From NCBI RefSeq assembly GCF_030144855.1, contig NC_082722.1:26846001-26910000 (forward strand): a DNA stretch of 64,000 bases, read 5' to 3'. A program made the translations under genes and the position numbers. The notes below the pieces were generated by a model that saw nothing but the letters and a program-made list of their open reading frames with translations, searched no databases and was not told where the DNA came from. The stretch comes from Hypanus sabinus. Its lineage: Eukaryota. Positions 38,716 through 52,561 of the stretch are shown here, piece after piece (within the stretch, counting starts at the first letter, position 1; every line of letters starts with the position of its first letter).

Positions 38716-39989
38716 TCACATGGTCCGGTCTGTGAAATCAGCATTCTGGTTCACAGTCCGGTCGATGATCCGTATTCCATGCTTTCCGGGTTTCCCCAGT
38801 TTCTGTTGAGGCAGTTGATTCTTGTTTGGGCTGGCTTCATAAATAGCCTCAAGGTTCACCATCGGGCTGCTGGATTGTTCCTGTTCTAACCCCTTTTCTG
38901 TATCCCTTCCCTTCACCTACCTCCTGGAGACTAGCCTAGCCTAGCTTTGCCTTGCCTTGCCTCGCCTCTGCCTAGAGCCATGCATCGCCTTGCCTCTGCC
39001 TGGAGCCTTGCCTCGACTCGCCTCTGCCTGGAGCCTTGTCGCTCTCTGGAGCCTTGCCTCGACTTTCATCGGTCTGGAGCCTTGCCTCACCTTGCCTTGC
39101 CTCTGCCTGGAGCCTTGCCACGTCTCGACTCTGTCTGGAGCCTTGCCTCCATTCGCCTTGCCTCTGCCTGGAAACTTGTCTCGCCTTGCCTGTATTTGGA
39201 GCCTCGCCCAGTTTGGAACAGTCTGACTGTGTTCATGACTTTGCTAGGTAGGTCAGGCCGTTTTGCCGCTACCTAGCGTTGGGAACTGTCTCGTCGTGTT
39301 CAGCGTTCTGTGTTATGAGTCCTGGCGCTACTTCCTGTACCCAAGGAGGGGTCCCGGCTTTGTGTTTTGCGTTCCTGTTCTCCCTCTACCCAGGCTCAGT
39401 GTTCTTTGATCCTGTCCAAGCCACGGCTTTGTGTTCTCGTCTTGTCATGTGGCTCGCCCAGCCCAAGGTATCCTTGCCTAGCCCGGTGCTGGGGTTCCCT
39501 CGACCTGCGTTGAGGTTCCCCTGTTCTGTCCAAGAGTCTCACGACCATACCTGTTGCCTCTGCTCACCCTGTAGCTATGTCTCGCTCAGCCCAGGAGTAC
39601 CTTGCCCAGACGAAGCTGGGGTTCCCTCAACCTGTGCTGGTGTTCTCTTGTCCTGTCCATGAGTCTCACGTCCAGTCCTGTAACCTCGTCATGTCTTCGC
39701 CAAGTTCTGGGTCCGAGCCCGAGTCAAGACCCAAGTCCTGGGACCTTGTCCAGTATCGCGCTCTGAGTCCAAGCCCAGGCTCCTAGTTCCCAGCTCCATG
39801 TCCTGGTTCCGCTATCCTCTTCAAGTCCTAGCTCAAGCCCAGAATCCTTGTCTCGTCCAGGGCCTGTGCCATTTCCTGCGCCCTTTCTTCCCCTCTTACC
39901 TTGCTCCCTTCTCACACCTCGTCATGTTCCTGGTAGTTCAATGTCTGTGTCTTGAATTTGGGTCCGCTCGCAATGCCCTCTTTATGACA
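38716..39989. mobile_element. Long solo LTR with internal tandem repeats
   Basis: Ends ...TTTATGACA. Reiterated CTCTGCCTGGAGCCTTGCC units at ~38960-39200. The many short overlapping ORFs are repeat artefacts. Confidence 0.55.
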
Positions 39990-41439
39990 AGGGTAGAAAC
40001 AGAAATCCCAGGGCACAAAAAAAAGCAAGAGAAATGCACCGGAACCGGTGTACCTGTCCCAGCCGACATTGAAACAGAGGTTGATACGTACATGGTCAAA
40101 ATAAATGAAATCAGGTTTAGCCTAATCATAACATTTGACTGAAAAACGTCGACGTTGGGAAGTTGTTTTATATATCAATCACGTGACTAGAAGTGTACAC
40201 TTGAAGAAAATTGTCTTGCTCACAGAGCTCCTCAGCGATTAGTAACTTCCCAATTGCCCAATAGGGCAAAACAAATCTGAAATATGCCAAATATTTATTT
40301 GGCCAAAAGTTCTTAAATTGACGCATTAATTCCTGGTTAGATAGATGTGAACATCCTGTTATAATATTACATTATTTTTGCTCATCAGGTGGATAAGGTG
40401 CTGGACTGCGGAAGGTGGGGAGCAGGTACAGAGAATTCCGGCAGAGAATTAAATCCTCTGTTTGATAATGATAGAAACGTACACGCTTGGAAACAAGAGT
40501 TGACTGTTCAGACATGTTCCGCTGGATATGCTCTCTGGCAGTGATGTCCTTTTGAGAAACATTCATTCACTTCCTTCCCTAGGTCACTTCACATGTCAAA
40601 TCTTGCCAATTCCTCCACTTTTAAACATTGTTACCATATTTATTTTCAAGTAAAAATGCAGATTTATATCGTGTTCGTTGTTGACAAGATCTTTGAACGC
40701 TTATCATTCTTATTCATTTCTTTATCTACTCATGATAAAACACAAATAGTCGTTTGTTATTTCTCTGAAAGGCAAAGTTACAAGAGTGACCAATTTCTCA
40801 AGGAATTGCGAAGCGCTGATAATATTCTCCAACGTGCTTTTCAGGGCGTATTTAGTTTCAGTGCAACTCAACGTCGTTTCGAACGAATCAATGTTTGCTC
40901 GCAATGGAGAATGCCCTGCGTAAAAAGACAATAGCACTCTCTGATACAGATGCAATAGCACGTCTGTACTATATTGATCTGACAAAAATATTGCAGTACA
41001 GTCGAAAGAAGATGGAAAATGCTTGCAATAATAATATAAATGATAACGGTTTCAGTGATTTTAATTATCTGTAAACTTGTAAATTCCTCAGATCATCCCA
41101 ATTAAATCCATTCTGTCACTGCGACGGCCTGCAGATGGCGCCATCACTAATTGCTACGCTGTTATAGCGAAAAACCGCCACACCGCCTGCACCCCCCCCC
41201 CATTCTATCGCTTTGAGTTGTTACATTATTTTAGAAACACTACTCTACTAATAAACAATCCAATAAATGTTCTGTTATGTGTTTATCGATAAACGATATC
41301 TTATTCTCTAAACTCCAGACGTAATGTTGGCTTCTCACTTTGATTCACTTCAGTATTAGAGGTCGAAATCTCCGTTAAAAATGCTTCGGCGAATCACTGA
41401 GGACGCATTCCACGCAAAATGGGTTTCACTAAACATCTT

Positions 41440-42520
41440 AAATAAACGGCCCAAAACGTCGACAGTGCTTCTCCCTCCAGATGCTGCTGGCCTGCTGTGT
41501 TCTACCAGCATTTTGTGTGTGATGTTATTTTAAATAAATGTCGCTTTGCCCTGCCGACTGAACGGCATTAATCCATGGAAACACGAGTGAATCTGTAGAT
41601 GCTGGAAATAAATAAAAACACAAAATGCTGGCAGAACTCAGCAGTCAAGACAGCATCTATGGGAAGAGGTAGTGACACAGTTTTGGGCCGAAGCCCTTCA
41701 TTAGGAGTGAAGTAACATACGATGGTCGAAGGGGGATAAGAAGTGGGGGGAGGGATGAAGTAGAGAGTTGGGAATTGATAGGCTGAAGGGAAATGGGCTA
41801 GGGGGAAGGTGGAGAATTATGGGAAATAAAAGTTAAGAAAGGTAGGGTTGGGGGGAGATTATAGTGAGGGAGGAAAGAGAGAGAGAAAAAGAACCAGATA
41901 AAAATTATAAATAGGGATGGGGTAAGGGGGTGGGGGGCTAGGGTATCAACGGATGTCTGTGAGTTGAATGTTCATGCCGGCCGGTAGGAGGCCACCTAGA
42001 GGGCAGATAAGGTGTTGCTCCATCAACCTCCGTGTGGCCTGATCTTGATGGTAGACGAGGCCATGGGAAGCCATATCGGAGCGGGAGTGGTCTGTGGAAT
42101 TCAAATGTGTGGCCACAGGGAGATGCTGCCACTGCTGGACGACTGAGAGTCGGTGTTCGGCGAAAGGGTCTCCCAGTCTGCTGTTGGTTTCCCCAATGTA
42201 TAAATGGCTACATCGGGAGCACCGGATACAGTATATCACCCCAGTTGAATCGCAGGTGAAGTGGTGCCTCACCTGAAAGGACTGCCTGTGGCCTAGAATG
42301 GTGGTGAGGGAAGAAGTGTGGGGGGCAGGTGTAGCACTTCTTCCGTTTGCAGCGATAAGTGCCTGGAGGGAGGTCGGTGGGAACGAATGGGAGTGGATGC
42401 ATGAATAAGGGTGTCTCGTAGGGAGCGTAGGAAACCTGGGGAGGGGGGATGTGACTGGTGGTGGGATCCCGTAGGAGGTCCCGTAATCCCATGGTATCGA
42501 TTTCTTGGATGATAACGATA
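41440..42520 (-). mobile_element. Penelope-like element 3' part with GIY-YIG endonuclease
   Basis: FTCDSTGVIYCIRCSRCSHLYIGETNSRLGDPFAEH...PVATHLNS...EQHLI (41946-42272), plus terminal repeat copies. Confidence 0.88.
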
Positions 42521-44338
42521 TCTCCCATTAACTGTCCAATATAAATCCCTTAATCCACCTTCATAAAACATGTGTGAGTCGGCCGTTATTATATGTTTTT
42601 ACCGAATTCCGCAATGAGCAAATTAGTTCAAACTTTTCTCGCTCCGCTTGCAAACTCTCCACCACTCCATCCCATCTATCACCGGTCGCAGACCTCCTTT
42701 TCACATTTATGTACTGCGCATCTTCCTTACACTCTAAATCCCGAGTCTCCAGCTGAAAACATCAAACGCCCGCATACCTCCATCCGCACTGGCTGGCCCA
42801 CCGAATTCGTTGTGTAGTTTCTTTTTGTTTCAATTATTATTTCTCATGTTCTAGGATGCTTGTAAATATTCCGAGGAACAGCGGAGTTTATTAGTAATTC
42901 CATGTAAACACACTATCTTTTACTCCAAAGCTTTACGTGTATATATTTAAATAACATGGTACGATCGTGTTATTTTAAAATAATAATGCTCATTTTGCAT
43001 AAAAAAGAGAATTTCAGTTAATTACCCATGTTGCTCATTAATCTACGCGACCTGCGTTTTGATGTCTCTTGTTAACTGCATTTTGATTTCTCTTGTTTCC
43101 TTCCATTTTTTCGGCTCTGCATTCTAACCAGGATATCCGTCAAATTTTCATTTCAGGCTTTTCTGAATTTGGTTAATGGTCTTGCCGTTCATGTCTTTTG
43201 CCACTAGCACAGTCTTGTGGCTCTGCAAGTCATGAATACTTGTGTACTGCTGAAGGTGAGTCTTTCATTGCGTGTTTCTCATTAAAAACACGAATTAAGT
43301 AATATCTTTTCTGGCAGAATGTGTGTTTGCAGTTTATATTTGGGTGACAGACAGGAAGGGGAAAGATGTAAACAACTAGCACAGAGTACCCTGTGGCTAT
43401 CCCCCTCAATCTGGATAGCGTTGGAGAGAATGACCTATCAGTGGAAAGTCAAAGCTGTCAGGTCTTTGGCACTGAGCCTGACTCGGCGACTAAAAAAATG
43501 AAGCTGGCGGGGGAGGGGCTGGGAGTAGAGGGGGGCTGTGGTTATAGGGGAACAAGAAGGAGTTTCTCTGGACGAAAACGAGATTTTTCGATGATGTTGC
43601 CTCCTATGTGCTGGGGCTAAGTGTTTGTAAGGTGAAATTAAGCAAAAAACATGAGGAAGACTTGGCCCGACAGGAACTTGCTCCAAGGAGTGGACAACAC
43701 GAAACATTGCTGTTCATGTCTGACTGAAAAACTATCAACTTGAAGTGTTAAGACGATTTCTCTCTCAGTCGATGGAGCCGAGCCTGTCACCCCTACCCAA
43801 TGGTATTAAACAGGCACATTAATATTGCAGTCCACTACAACTTCTTATTATCTCAGCAAAAGAATAAAGAACATTGAGTCGAAATGCTTATACTGTCAGA
43901 AGAGGCTGGATAAACTTGGGTTGTGCTCAATGGGGCGTCGGAGGTGAGGGCTGATCCGATAGTTGACAGGAATATCAGAGGCATAGATAGTGCACAGAGT
44001 ATTTGTTGCCCAAGTTTGAAATTTGAAATGGAATTGAAGGTGAGAGGGGATGGGTTCAAATGAGATATGAAAGGAAAGCTTTTTTACTCATAGAGTCGTC
44101 GATGCCTAGAATGCCCTCATTGGCATTGTGATGGTGGCAAGTACAATAGGGGCTTTTAATAAAAGTTTGGATAGGTACCTGGATATAAGGAAGATGAAGG
44201 AGTATGGAAACAACTTAGGTGGGTGCGATGAGGGTTTGGGTGTTTTGGTTTGAGTTTTAGCTGGGTTCGTGCCACCTTGTGGGTTGGATGGTCTGTTGCT
44301 GTGCTATTCGCCTATAGAAATACATTGTTAAATACATC

Positions 44339-47300
44339 TGGTATGCGTGGCTGCTTCTGGCAACCCCCCACCTTGATATTCACGTCGGGAATGTGGCCTC
44401 AATTCCATCGTTTAGTTTCCAATCACTCCCAGGTTCCAATAACTACACACACCTGTTTTCCATCAGAAAGTGTGGGATAAAGACACTGTGATCACAACAA
44501 GGAGCTGCCAGTTCGTTGGTCGACTCTGGTGTGAGTAACCACGTTTCATCGTTCTTAGGACTGCCAGTTCTAATTCTAGCATCGCTCCTGGATACTGGTT
44601 CCACGCTCACTCCGTCAATAACGCCCCCCGACTCTGTCTACGCGCCCGTGCTCTACACTTGGGTTCGTCCACCACAGAACGAACTGGCCATAATGAAGGC
44701 AGCGGACACGGACCACGTACAGCAGGCTCTCGCCGGTCAGGGCTATCGACAGCGCGCCCACTACTTACTGTGGTCACGGAAAACATTCGGACGCTGTCCA
44801 CGAATTTACGGAAGGTCAGTGAGCAGGTGGACAGAGTTACCGCTTCCTCTCCAAGAATCCGGACCACCCAAACCGCACAGATCGTGATAGCATCGCCCCT
44901 GGGACCAGAAACACAGTCCGCTCGAGAGCCATGCGTACCCGAGCCCGCACCTTGCGCTGGGGGCCTGGGGAAGTTCGGGTCTTTCTACTACAATGCTCTC
45001 TGGTCTTTGAGCTCCAGCTACGTCCCTGCACTTCAGATAAATAGAAGATTGCGTATATCATGGGGTTCAATGCCTTGGTTTGACCAGAGGTTTGTTCCTC
45101 CTTCCCCTCCTTTGTTGCAGAAATGAGGAAGGTCTTCGAACAACTCATTCGCGGTAAGGACGCCGCAAAACGCTTGCTGACTCTTTGTCAGGGTTCGCGA
45201 AGCGTAGCAAGGTATTATATCGAGTGCCGAACCCTAGCGGCAGACTCAGGGTGCAATAACAAGGCCCTACGGGAAGTGTTTCGACAGTACCTCGCAGATA
45301 AGATAAAGGATGAACTGGCAGCGAGGGGCGACACGAACTGTCTGGACTCTCTGATCTTACCAGCCAGTAGATTAAATAATCCACTTCAATCGCGGCAGAG
45401 AGAAAGAACCAGTTGCCTCGCTCCCCCGGGAAGCCCACGGTCCACCTTATCAGTCCCAGCCAGCCTCCCTTCCCCAGTCGCTCTAAATGGAGCTCCTGCG
45501 CCGACCGTCCCCTCACCCCGGGGAAGGAACCGATGCAGCTGGGATGGAACGGACTCTTCCCGGCCGAAAGACTTCGGAGCTGGAGATCTGGGGATCGTTC
45601 CTATTCCGGCCAACAAAGACATTTCCAGGATACCTGCCCTCAGCGGCCGAAAAGGAGGGCTCACCAGTGGAAAAGGGGTCTTTGTGAGCCGGAAGATACT
45701 CCGTTCAGCCCCCAGACTCGGATGCAGATCCCAGCTACTGTGAATTACCAACGACAGTCACAGTTTGGTGGATTTCGATGCCGAGGGCAATCTGCTGGAC
45801 GAAGACATAGCCTTCCAGGCTGGAATTCCTCCCCAGCCTCTAACTACCCCAATGGAGGCCCAGGCCCAGGACGGAAATCTTCTGGCTCGGGTGAACCATT
45901 GGACGCCGCCCCTGACGTTGATATTTTCCGGCAACCATCGGGAGGAGGTGTGATCCAGTCTCATTCGCTCACCTCAAGCCCCGGTAGTTCTGGGGTATCC
46001 ATGGCTGATCCAACACAATCCCCACATCGACTGGTGTACCGGGAGGATAGCCAAGTGGCGCCAGTCTTGCCACGCCAACTGCCTGTGGTCAGCCCCATCT
46101 CCCAGGGAAGCTACCCCGACTCCGCCTGTCCCGCAACCCGTCGATTTGTCCCGAATCCCCGCAGACTAATACCTGGGACTGGTATTCAGAAAACAACTGG
46201 CCCTTTCCCTGCCTCCGCACCGCCCATGTGATTGTACCATCGATCTTTTCCCCGGGGCTTCGCTACCCACCCGTCGCCTTTTTAAGCTATACCGACCGGA
46301 GAGAGAGGCCATGGAGAAGTACATCAGCGAATCCCTCGTGGCGGGCATTATCAGACCTTCATCTTCCCCGGCAGGCGCTGGTTTCTTCTTCGTTGAAAAG
46401 AAGGACGGGTTTCTTCGTTCTTGTATTGATTACAGAGGCATAAACAGTATTTCACTTCAGAATAAGTAGTATTTACCCTTCATTAGATCGGCTTTTGTAC
46501 CACTGGATGGAGCCACCATTTTCTCAAAGCTGGACCTTCGTAATGCCTACCATCTAACCAGGGGGAGGGAGGGGGACGAGTGGATGACGTCCTTTAATAC
46601 ACGCCTGGGCCACTCCGAATATTTCGTCGCGCCGTTTGGCCTCACCACTGCTCCCGCCGTTTTTCAAGACTTCATTAATGACGTACTGACGGACCTTATT
46701 TATCGTTTCGTATTTGTTTGCCTCGATGATATCCTGATACTTTCTAGCAGCACCCAAGTAGACGTTCACCATGTCCGCCAAGACCTCCAGAAACCGTGGG
46801 AAAATCAATTGTATGTGAAGGCGAAGAAAAGTGAGTTCCACGTTCCTTCGGTCAGCTTCCTGGGTTCTATCATCGAGAGCGGGCACGTGAGAGCAGACTC
46901 CGAGAAGATCCGGGCAGTGGAATAATGGCCTAGGCCCACGACCCGCAAAAAATATCAACGATACCTGGGGTATGCAAAAATCTACCACCGATTTATCAGA
47001 GACCACAGTCGAGTGGCGTCCCCACTTACCGGCCATAACTCGAACACTATCCATTTCTGTTGGGACTCCGAAACGGACTCGGCGTTCACCGACTTGAAGA
47101 GTCTTTTCACCACCGCTCCCATCTTGGTCCATCCGGACCCAGCCCGTCAAGTCATTGTCGAAGTGGATGCCTCTGAATCCGGGATAGGAGCAGTCCTGTC
47201 CCAACGATCAAGTTCGGACCAAAAGCTTCACCCCCGCGCCTTTTCCTCTCGCCGACTGGCCCCTGCCGTGCGGAAATATCACGTGGGGTGTCGGGAACTC

Positions 47301-49294
47301 CTGGCAGTCAAACTAGCATTGGAAAAATGGAGGCATTTGCTGTAGAGGGTAGAAAAACCGTTTGTGGTATGGACTGATTTTAAAACCTGGGGTATATTCA
47401 CACCGCCAAACGTTTGAACTCCCGCCAGGCCCGTTGGGCGTTATTTTTTGAACGGTTCAAGTTTTCCCTCACATCCCATCCAAGACAAAGAGCGGGAAGC
47501 CGGACGTGCTCTCGTCTGAATACGACTGCAAGGAGGACACTTACAGCTAAGGCACTATTCTCCCACAATCCTGCATGGTTGCCATCCTCACTTGGGAGAT
47601 GGTGACCGAGGTAAAAGAAGCCCAACGGGATGACCCGGGCCCCGGCAATGGAGCAGGCGATCCCCTGTATGTGCCCGCTTCCATCAGGTCAGAGGATCTC
47701 CAATAGGCACACGTCTTGGGTCCCCAGACACCCCGGGATTGAACGGACACTAGCGCTCCTGAGCAAACACTTTTAGTGGCCGTCCATAGAAGGGGATACC
47801 CTTACCTATGTCTCGACATGTTCCATTTCTGCCCGGAGAAATCCTCTCATCGGCCACCTGCGGTGTTACTTCGTCCTCTACCTTTCCCCGGTCATCCCTG
47901 GACGCACATCGCTCTGGACTTCGTCACAGGTCCACACCGTTCAGATGGGAACACCAGCGTACTCACAGTTGTAGACTGTTTCTCCAAGGCGGTGAAATTC
48001 GTAGCCCAGCCTAAACTCCCTTCCTCTCAAGAAACCGCAGATCTTCTCGTCCGCCACGTCTTCCGCCTCCACGTAGACATCGTCTCCGATCGAGGTCCCC
48101 AGTTTGGCTCACAGGTATGGAAGGCCTTCTGTCAAGCCTTCGGTGCTTCGGTTAGCCTGTCATCCGGATTCCACCCCCTGACGAAAGAGCAGACGGAACG
48201 GGTCAGCCAAGACCTGGAGGTGTCTATACGTTTCGTAACGGCAAATTAACCCGTCGACCTGGAGCGACCACCTCCCGTCGGCTGAGTACGCGCACAACTC
48301 TCCGGTGATCTCTGCCATTGGAAGATCCCTGGGGTACCAACCACCACTGATCCCTGCGCAAGAAAAGGGGATAGCAGTACCGTCGGTTCAGGACAATATC
48401 TATCTGTGCCTTAAGGTTTGGGAGGAGACACGCCCAGCTCTACTCAGATCAGCAAAACGCAATAGAAGACAGCTGCCCGACACCGGACTCCGGCGCCTGA
48501 GTACCAACCAGTGCAGATGGTGTAGCTTTCATCCAAGGACATCCCGCTCATGAACGGGCATAGGAAACTCGCCCCTCGCTTCCTGGGACCATTCAAGGTC
48601 TAAAGTGTTATCAATCCCGCAGCAGTTCGCCTTAAACCGACACGATCCATGCGAGTCCACCCGACTTTTCATGTTTCCCAGTTAAAGCCCCTTGAATCCC
48701 TTGGCTGAGACTCCCCCACCTGCCCGTATCATCGATAACCATCCGGCATATACCGTCTGAAGTCTACTGGATGTGCGCAGTAGGGGCAGAGGTTCCCAAT
48801 AACTGGTAGATATGGAAGGGTACGGTCCAGAAGAGCATTCCCGGATCTCCCGATCATCCTAGACGCTTCCCTCATCCAGGATTTTCATCGGGACCATCCA
48901 GATGGGCCTGGAGGATTGTCTGCAGGCTCCCGTTGATGGAGGGACTCTGTCATGTTTTCTTCTGGGAATACTCCACCTTGTAATTTTCCTCAGAAATTTG
49001 GCCTCAATTCCGTCGTTTAGTTTCCAATCATTCGCAGGTTCCACTAACTACACACACCTGCATTCCAACAGAAAGTGCGGGATAAAGACCTTGTGATCAC
49101 AACAAGGAGCTGCCATTTCGCTGATCGACTCCGGTGTGAGTAACCACGTTTCATGGTTCTCAGGGCTGCCAGTTCTAAGTCTGGCATCGTTCCTGGATAC
49201 TGATTCCACTCTCGCTACGTCAATAACGCCTCCTGACTGTGACTCCGCGCCAATTTTCTGCACTTGGGTTCGATCACCGCCACGCTCGTATACA
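44339..49294 (+). mobile_element. Full-length but decayed chromoviral Gypsy (Sushi/PEG10-related lineage)
   Basis: LTRs at ~44339-44680 and 48948-49294. Fragments of gag (45123-), protease, RT (PFGL..APAVFQ..CLDDILI), RNase H ([14 protein letters not shown]), integrase (SDRGPQF) and chromodomain (EGYGPEEHS). Many stops and frameshifts. Confidence 0.92.
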
Positions 49295-52200
49295 TGGGAA
49301 CATATTTGCAATGAAGGTAGAGACATTTAAAGGCGCGACTTTTCAAAGGATTATCCCGTGGAGTGGACTGAAGTGTTCCACAAATTAGAAATCTATATTC
49401 ACAGTCAGTCCGTAGACCTAACGAGAGCTGTGCTTAATAGTTGGAAACATCTTGATTGTTTTTGGCATTGTCAGAAATATTAAAGCATATGAAATCATAA
49501 ACAGATAAATTCAATACTTAAAAACATAAATGTGCTTCTACCTTCCTATGCTTTTCCATGCCAGTTAACAATAAACAAAATCTATGCCGGTGAAAATACA
49601 GTGATACAGGGACTATCTCCAAAGCATTTACGATCAATGATACATGTGCAGTCTTATTTAATTGTCGTCTAAGAACAACCACGACAATCTCACAAGTGCT
49701 CAAACGAGGCAAGTTTTTCAGCCGGCTTCTTTTTAAGCGCTCAGTAATCGGTCCAAGTTACCGTTCCAGTCCTACACGCCATGACTATGTTCTAACGAAT
49801 AAACAACAGAGATTCAGGGGGAATAAATCACAGTACTGTAATCTTTGATAGTTATGTATCGAGGAAAGGAACATTTGAATTTCAGGATTCCCCGGCTCGG
49901 CAGACAGCTTATCTACTGCAGCCGGTATATTCTGATGAAGTGACATTTCTAGATTAGACAGCTTAAATGACCTGAAAGTTAAAGAAAAGTTGTCTCTCCT
50001 TTGAACGTTCTCTTACAATTCATACAGATCCGCAGCAGGATAAGATCGACAATATTGATTTCCGCTTCCGGCCGAACTCATCTTCCTCACCCCACCTCGA
50101 TGACATCCAGTTGGATGCAATGGGCAAACTATATGTTACAATGAACGATTTAAATTCCGATGGGACAGAAGCTGGAATTCAATGAGGCGACAAAATGTCT
50201 ACGGAAGCAGCTTAAAATCCCCAACGACTCGTCGGAATTCCGGATTCGTAACAGGGTAAAATGGTGTGGGGATCGGTCCGGTAATCAGAATCTTGACTCT
50301 GCACGTAGAAAACACATGGAAGCTTCGCATTGATTCATCCACTCCCGAATAAACTCCGCAACAACCGAACCTTATTTACATGCAGTGGGATCCAATGAAC
50401 AAAATTTATGTTACAATGAACAACTTCACCCTCGAAGCACCTACATAATTTCATTTCTGAGAGGACAGGAGATGCAATTCAATGGTGGTGAAAACTTGTC
50501 AATGAAGACAGTATAATCTACCCGCCAACTCATGGCGATTTCTGATGCATAACTGCTCAAAAGGTAGAGGCAATCAGCATGGTAAACAAAGTCTTGACTC
50601 ATTTCCCTGGAAGCTCAGCATAGTTAACCGCCAACCACGAAGCTTTGAAGAATATTCAGTATTGTCTGTTTAGGATCTGGTAATGATGCTGCCAGGTCAG
50701 GCAAATGGTGTGTGATAGTTATTCGAAGGGTTTTCTTTTTGTCTCCTATGGTCTCCCTTTTACTTTGTGGAAATTTAATAGATGTTGGAAATAGCAGCAT
50801 TAACCCCAGTTCAGCTCGTGCTGTTTGGATTCAAAACGGCGCCCCGGAACTGCAGTCAATCAATTGCGGTATCCTCGATGCACCCTTTTATAGATTTTGT
50901 CGCAATACATCCTGAATATCTTTGTTACCATAATCATTAAACTGAATAACATACAGTTTCACCTCTAAGCTCTCCCTTTATTGTGACCAGCATCCTATCA
51001 TTGAAATCCTTTTCAATCAAAGACAACACTTGTTTTTGCTTCTCGCCGAGTTCTTCGTGCAAACTGACCAGAACAGTGAGTGAGGAATCTGAGAACTGCA
51101 GCTTTTTTAACGACTTTGTTAAAAAAGCATACAGACTGAACTCTATAACTAAAATAAATTTGTAAAGTTTTCATATTATTTTGTTTTTCTTCATAAAATA
51201 TATACAACCTCCAAATGAACAAGCATTTAAATTTGATGAAAATTCCTGAAATAATAGGCCGACTGCTCGACCACATGTCCCTTCCCTTGGGCAGTTCCAT
51301 GAAGGCTCAGAATCCAAAATCACACATTATACCGGAGACGCGTGAATGACGGCGACCGAGAGAATGCACTTACCGTTCAAACCAGTCTTGTTCATCAATT
51401 TCTTTTCGGTTTTGTTTTCCATACATTAAACAGTAGTTCGTTAGTCGGAATTTTATAAACAGACCCTAAAGGTAATTATTAGGAGAATAAAAATTATGCA
51501 ACACCTACCTGGCCCGTCACGGCTGAAAGCTCTTCTTGCAGTAAGAGCGCGCCTGCTCTCCCCATTTTCTGGAAATGTTACTGCAATGATAATTACAAGA
51601 TCAATACGAATCGTGGCTATCAAAATTCAGTTTGGAGTTGTAGAACGTCCTTGCAGGAGCAGCTGGTGTTCGAAAGAGACAGGGAGATGAGCTAAAATAT
51701 AATCAAGAGAATGCAGAGGACGTGAAGCCGAGTTTTGGGTTTGCGGTGAGAAACCTGCGGGATGATAATTCACCGATGGTACATGGTTGAAAGGGAACAA
51801 CATTGCGAAGCTACATTGGAATGGAGGGATATGTTATTATTGTCCGACTTAAGGTCAACGTGCATTTGCTATCATAGTATGCAAGCAGTATACAACGTTG
51901 AGATTTGTTTTCCAGCAAGCAGTCAAGAAACAAAGAAACACCATTCAAATTGTTTAAAGAAAATATCAAACATTCAACGAGAATATAACAACAGATCGTG
52001 CAGACGGCAACCTGAACGAATAACACACCGAATAGTAAAAATCAAAGCAGACTCTTTGAAGCACTCTCGGAATGTTCGGTGTTGTTCAGTGCAGTGTCAA
52101 ATTTCGCTGCAGGCCGCTGATCCAGTTCGTGTCGAATTGTTCCATCAAGATCGTGCAAAATAGCAATAAAAAATGGCATAACTAGGAAAAACCATATAAC

Positions 52201-52517
52201 CTGATATCAGGAGTTCTCCGGAAACGGAACCAAATCCAGTCAATTAATTTAATTAGTATTTAAATGCGGTACGGCCACTGATATGCTATTATCACTTTAC
52301 AGCTTCGTTGAAAGACAAAGCCTTTTAAACAAAACACCAGGTTACTGCAGAACACCTTATATGCGCACAACAGTTACCATCAAATGCCTTCTGAAAGATC
52401 CGTACCTTTAGCAGTCCACTTACACAATTAATTCGATTGGTATCAACGAAAAATGTTCATATTTTGAAATAATGTTCAAACAATTCAATTCATTTCTTTT
52501 AAATTTATTTTCCGAAG

Positions 52518-52561
52518 GGGCTAACACAAATACTTTGGTCGGATGTCAGAATGAAGACCCA
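52518..52561 (+). other. Paralogous first cytoplasmic exon GANTNTLVGCQNEDP (copy B), open and splice-competent
   Basis: Acceptor tttattttccgaag| and donor |gtaggt; 44 nt, phase 1-0. Confidence 0.8.

Larger units (their letters stand above)
23785..38725 (+). repeat. Segmental duplication, copy A (contains the complete receptor gene)
   Basis: Collinear anchors to copy B: 23785/43713, 25841/49744 (GTAATCGGTCCAA), 27616/51541 (GTAAGAGCGC), 34993/52257, 35235/52518, 37931/61804 and 38701/62659. Confidence 0.85.

Noticed and set aside
38930-39920. Dense overlapping ORFs and regular repeats (CRISPR-like or protein repeat?)
   Set aside because: Degenerate tandem repeats inside a solo LTR; no constant repeat with unique spacers.
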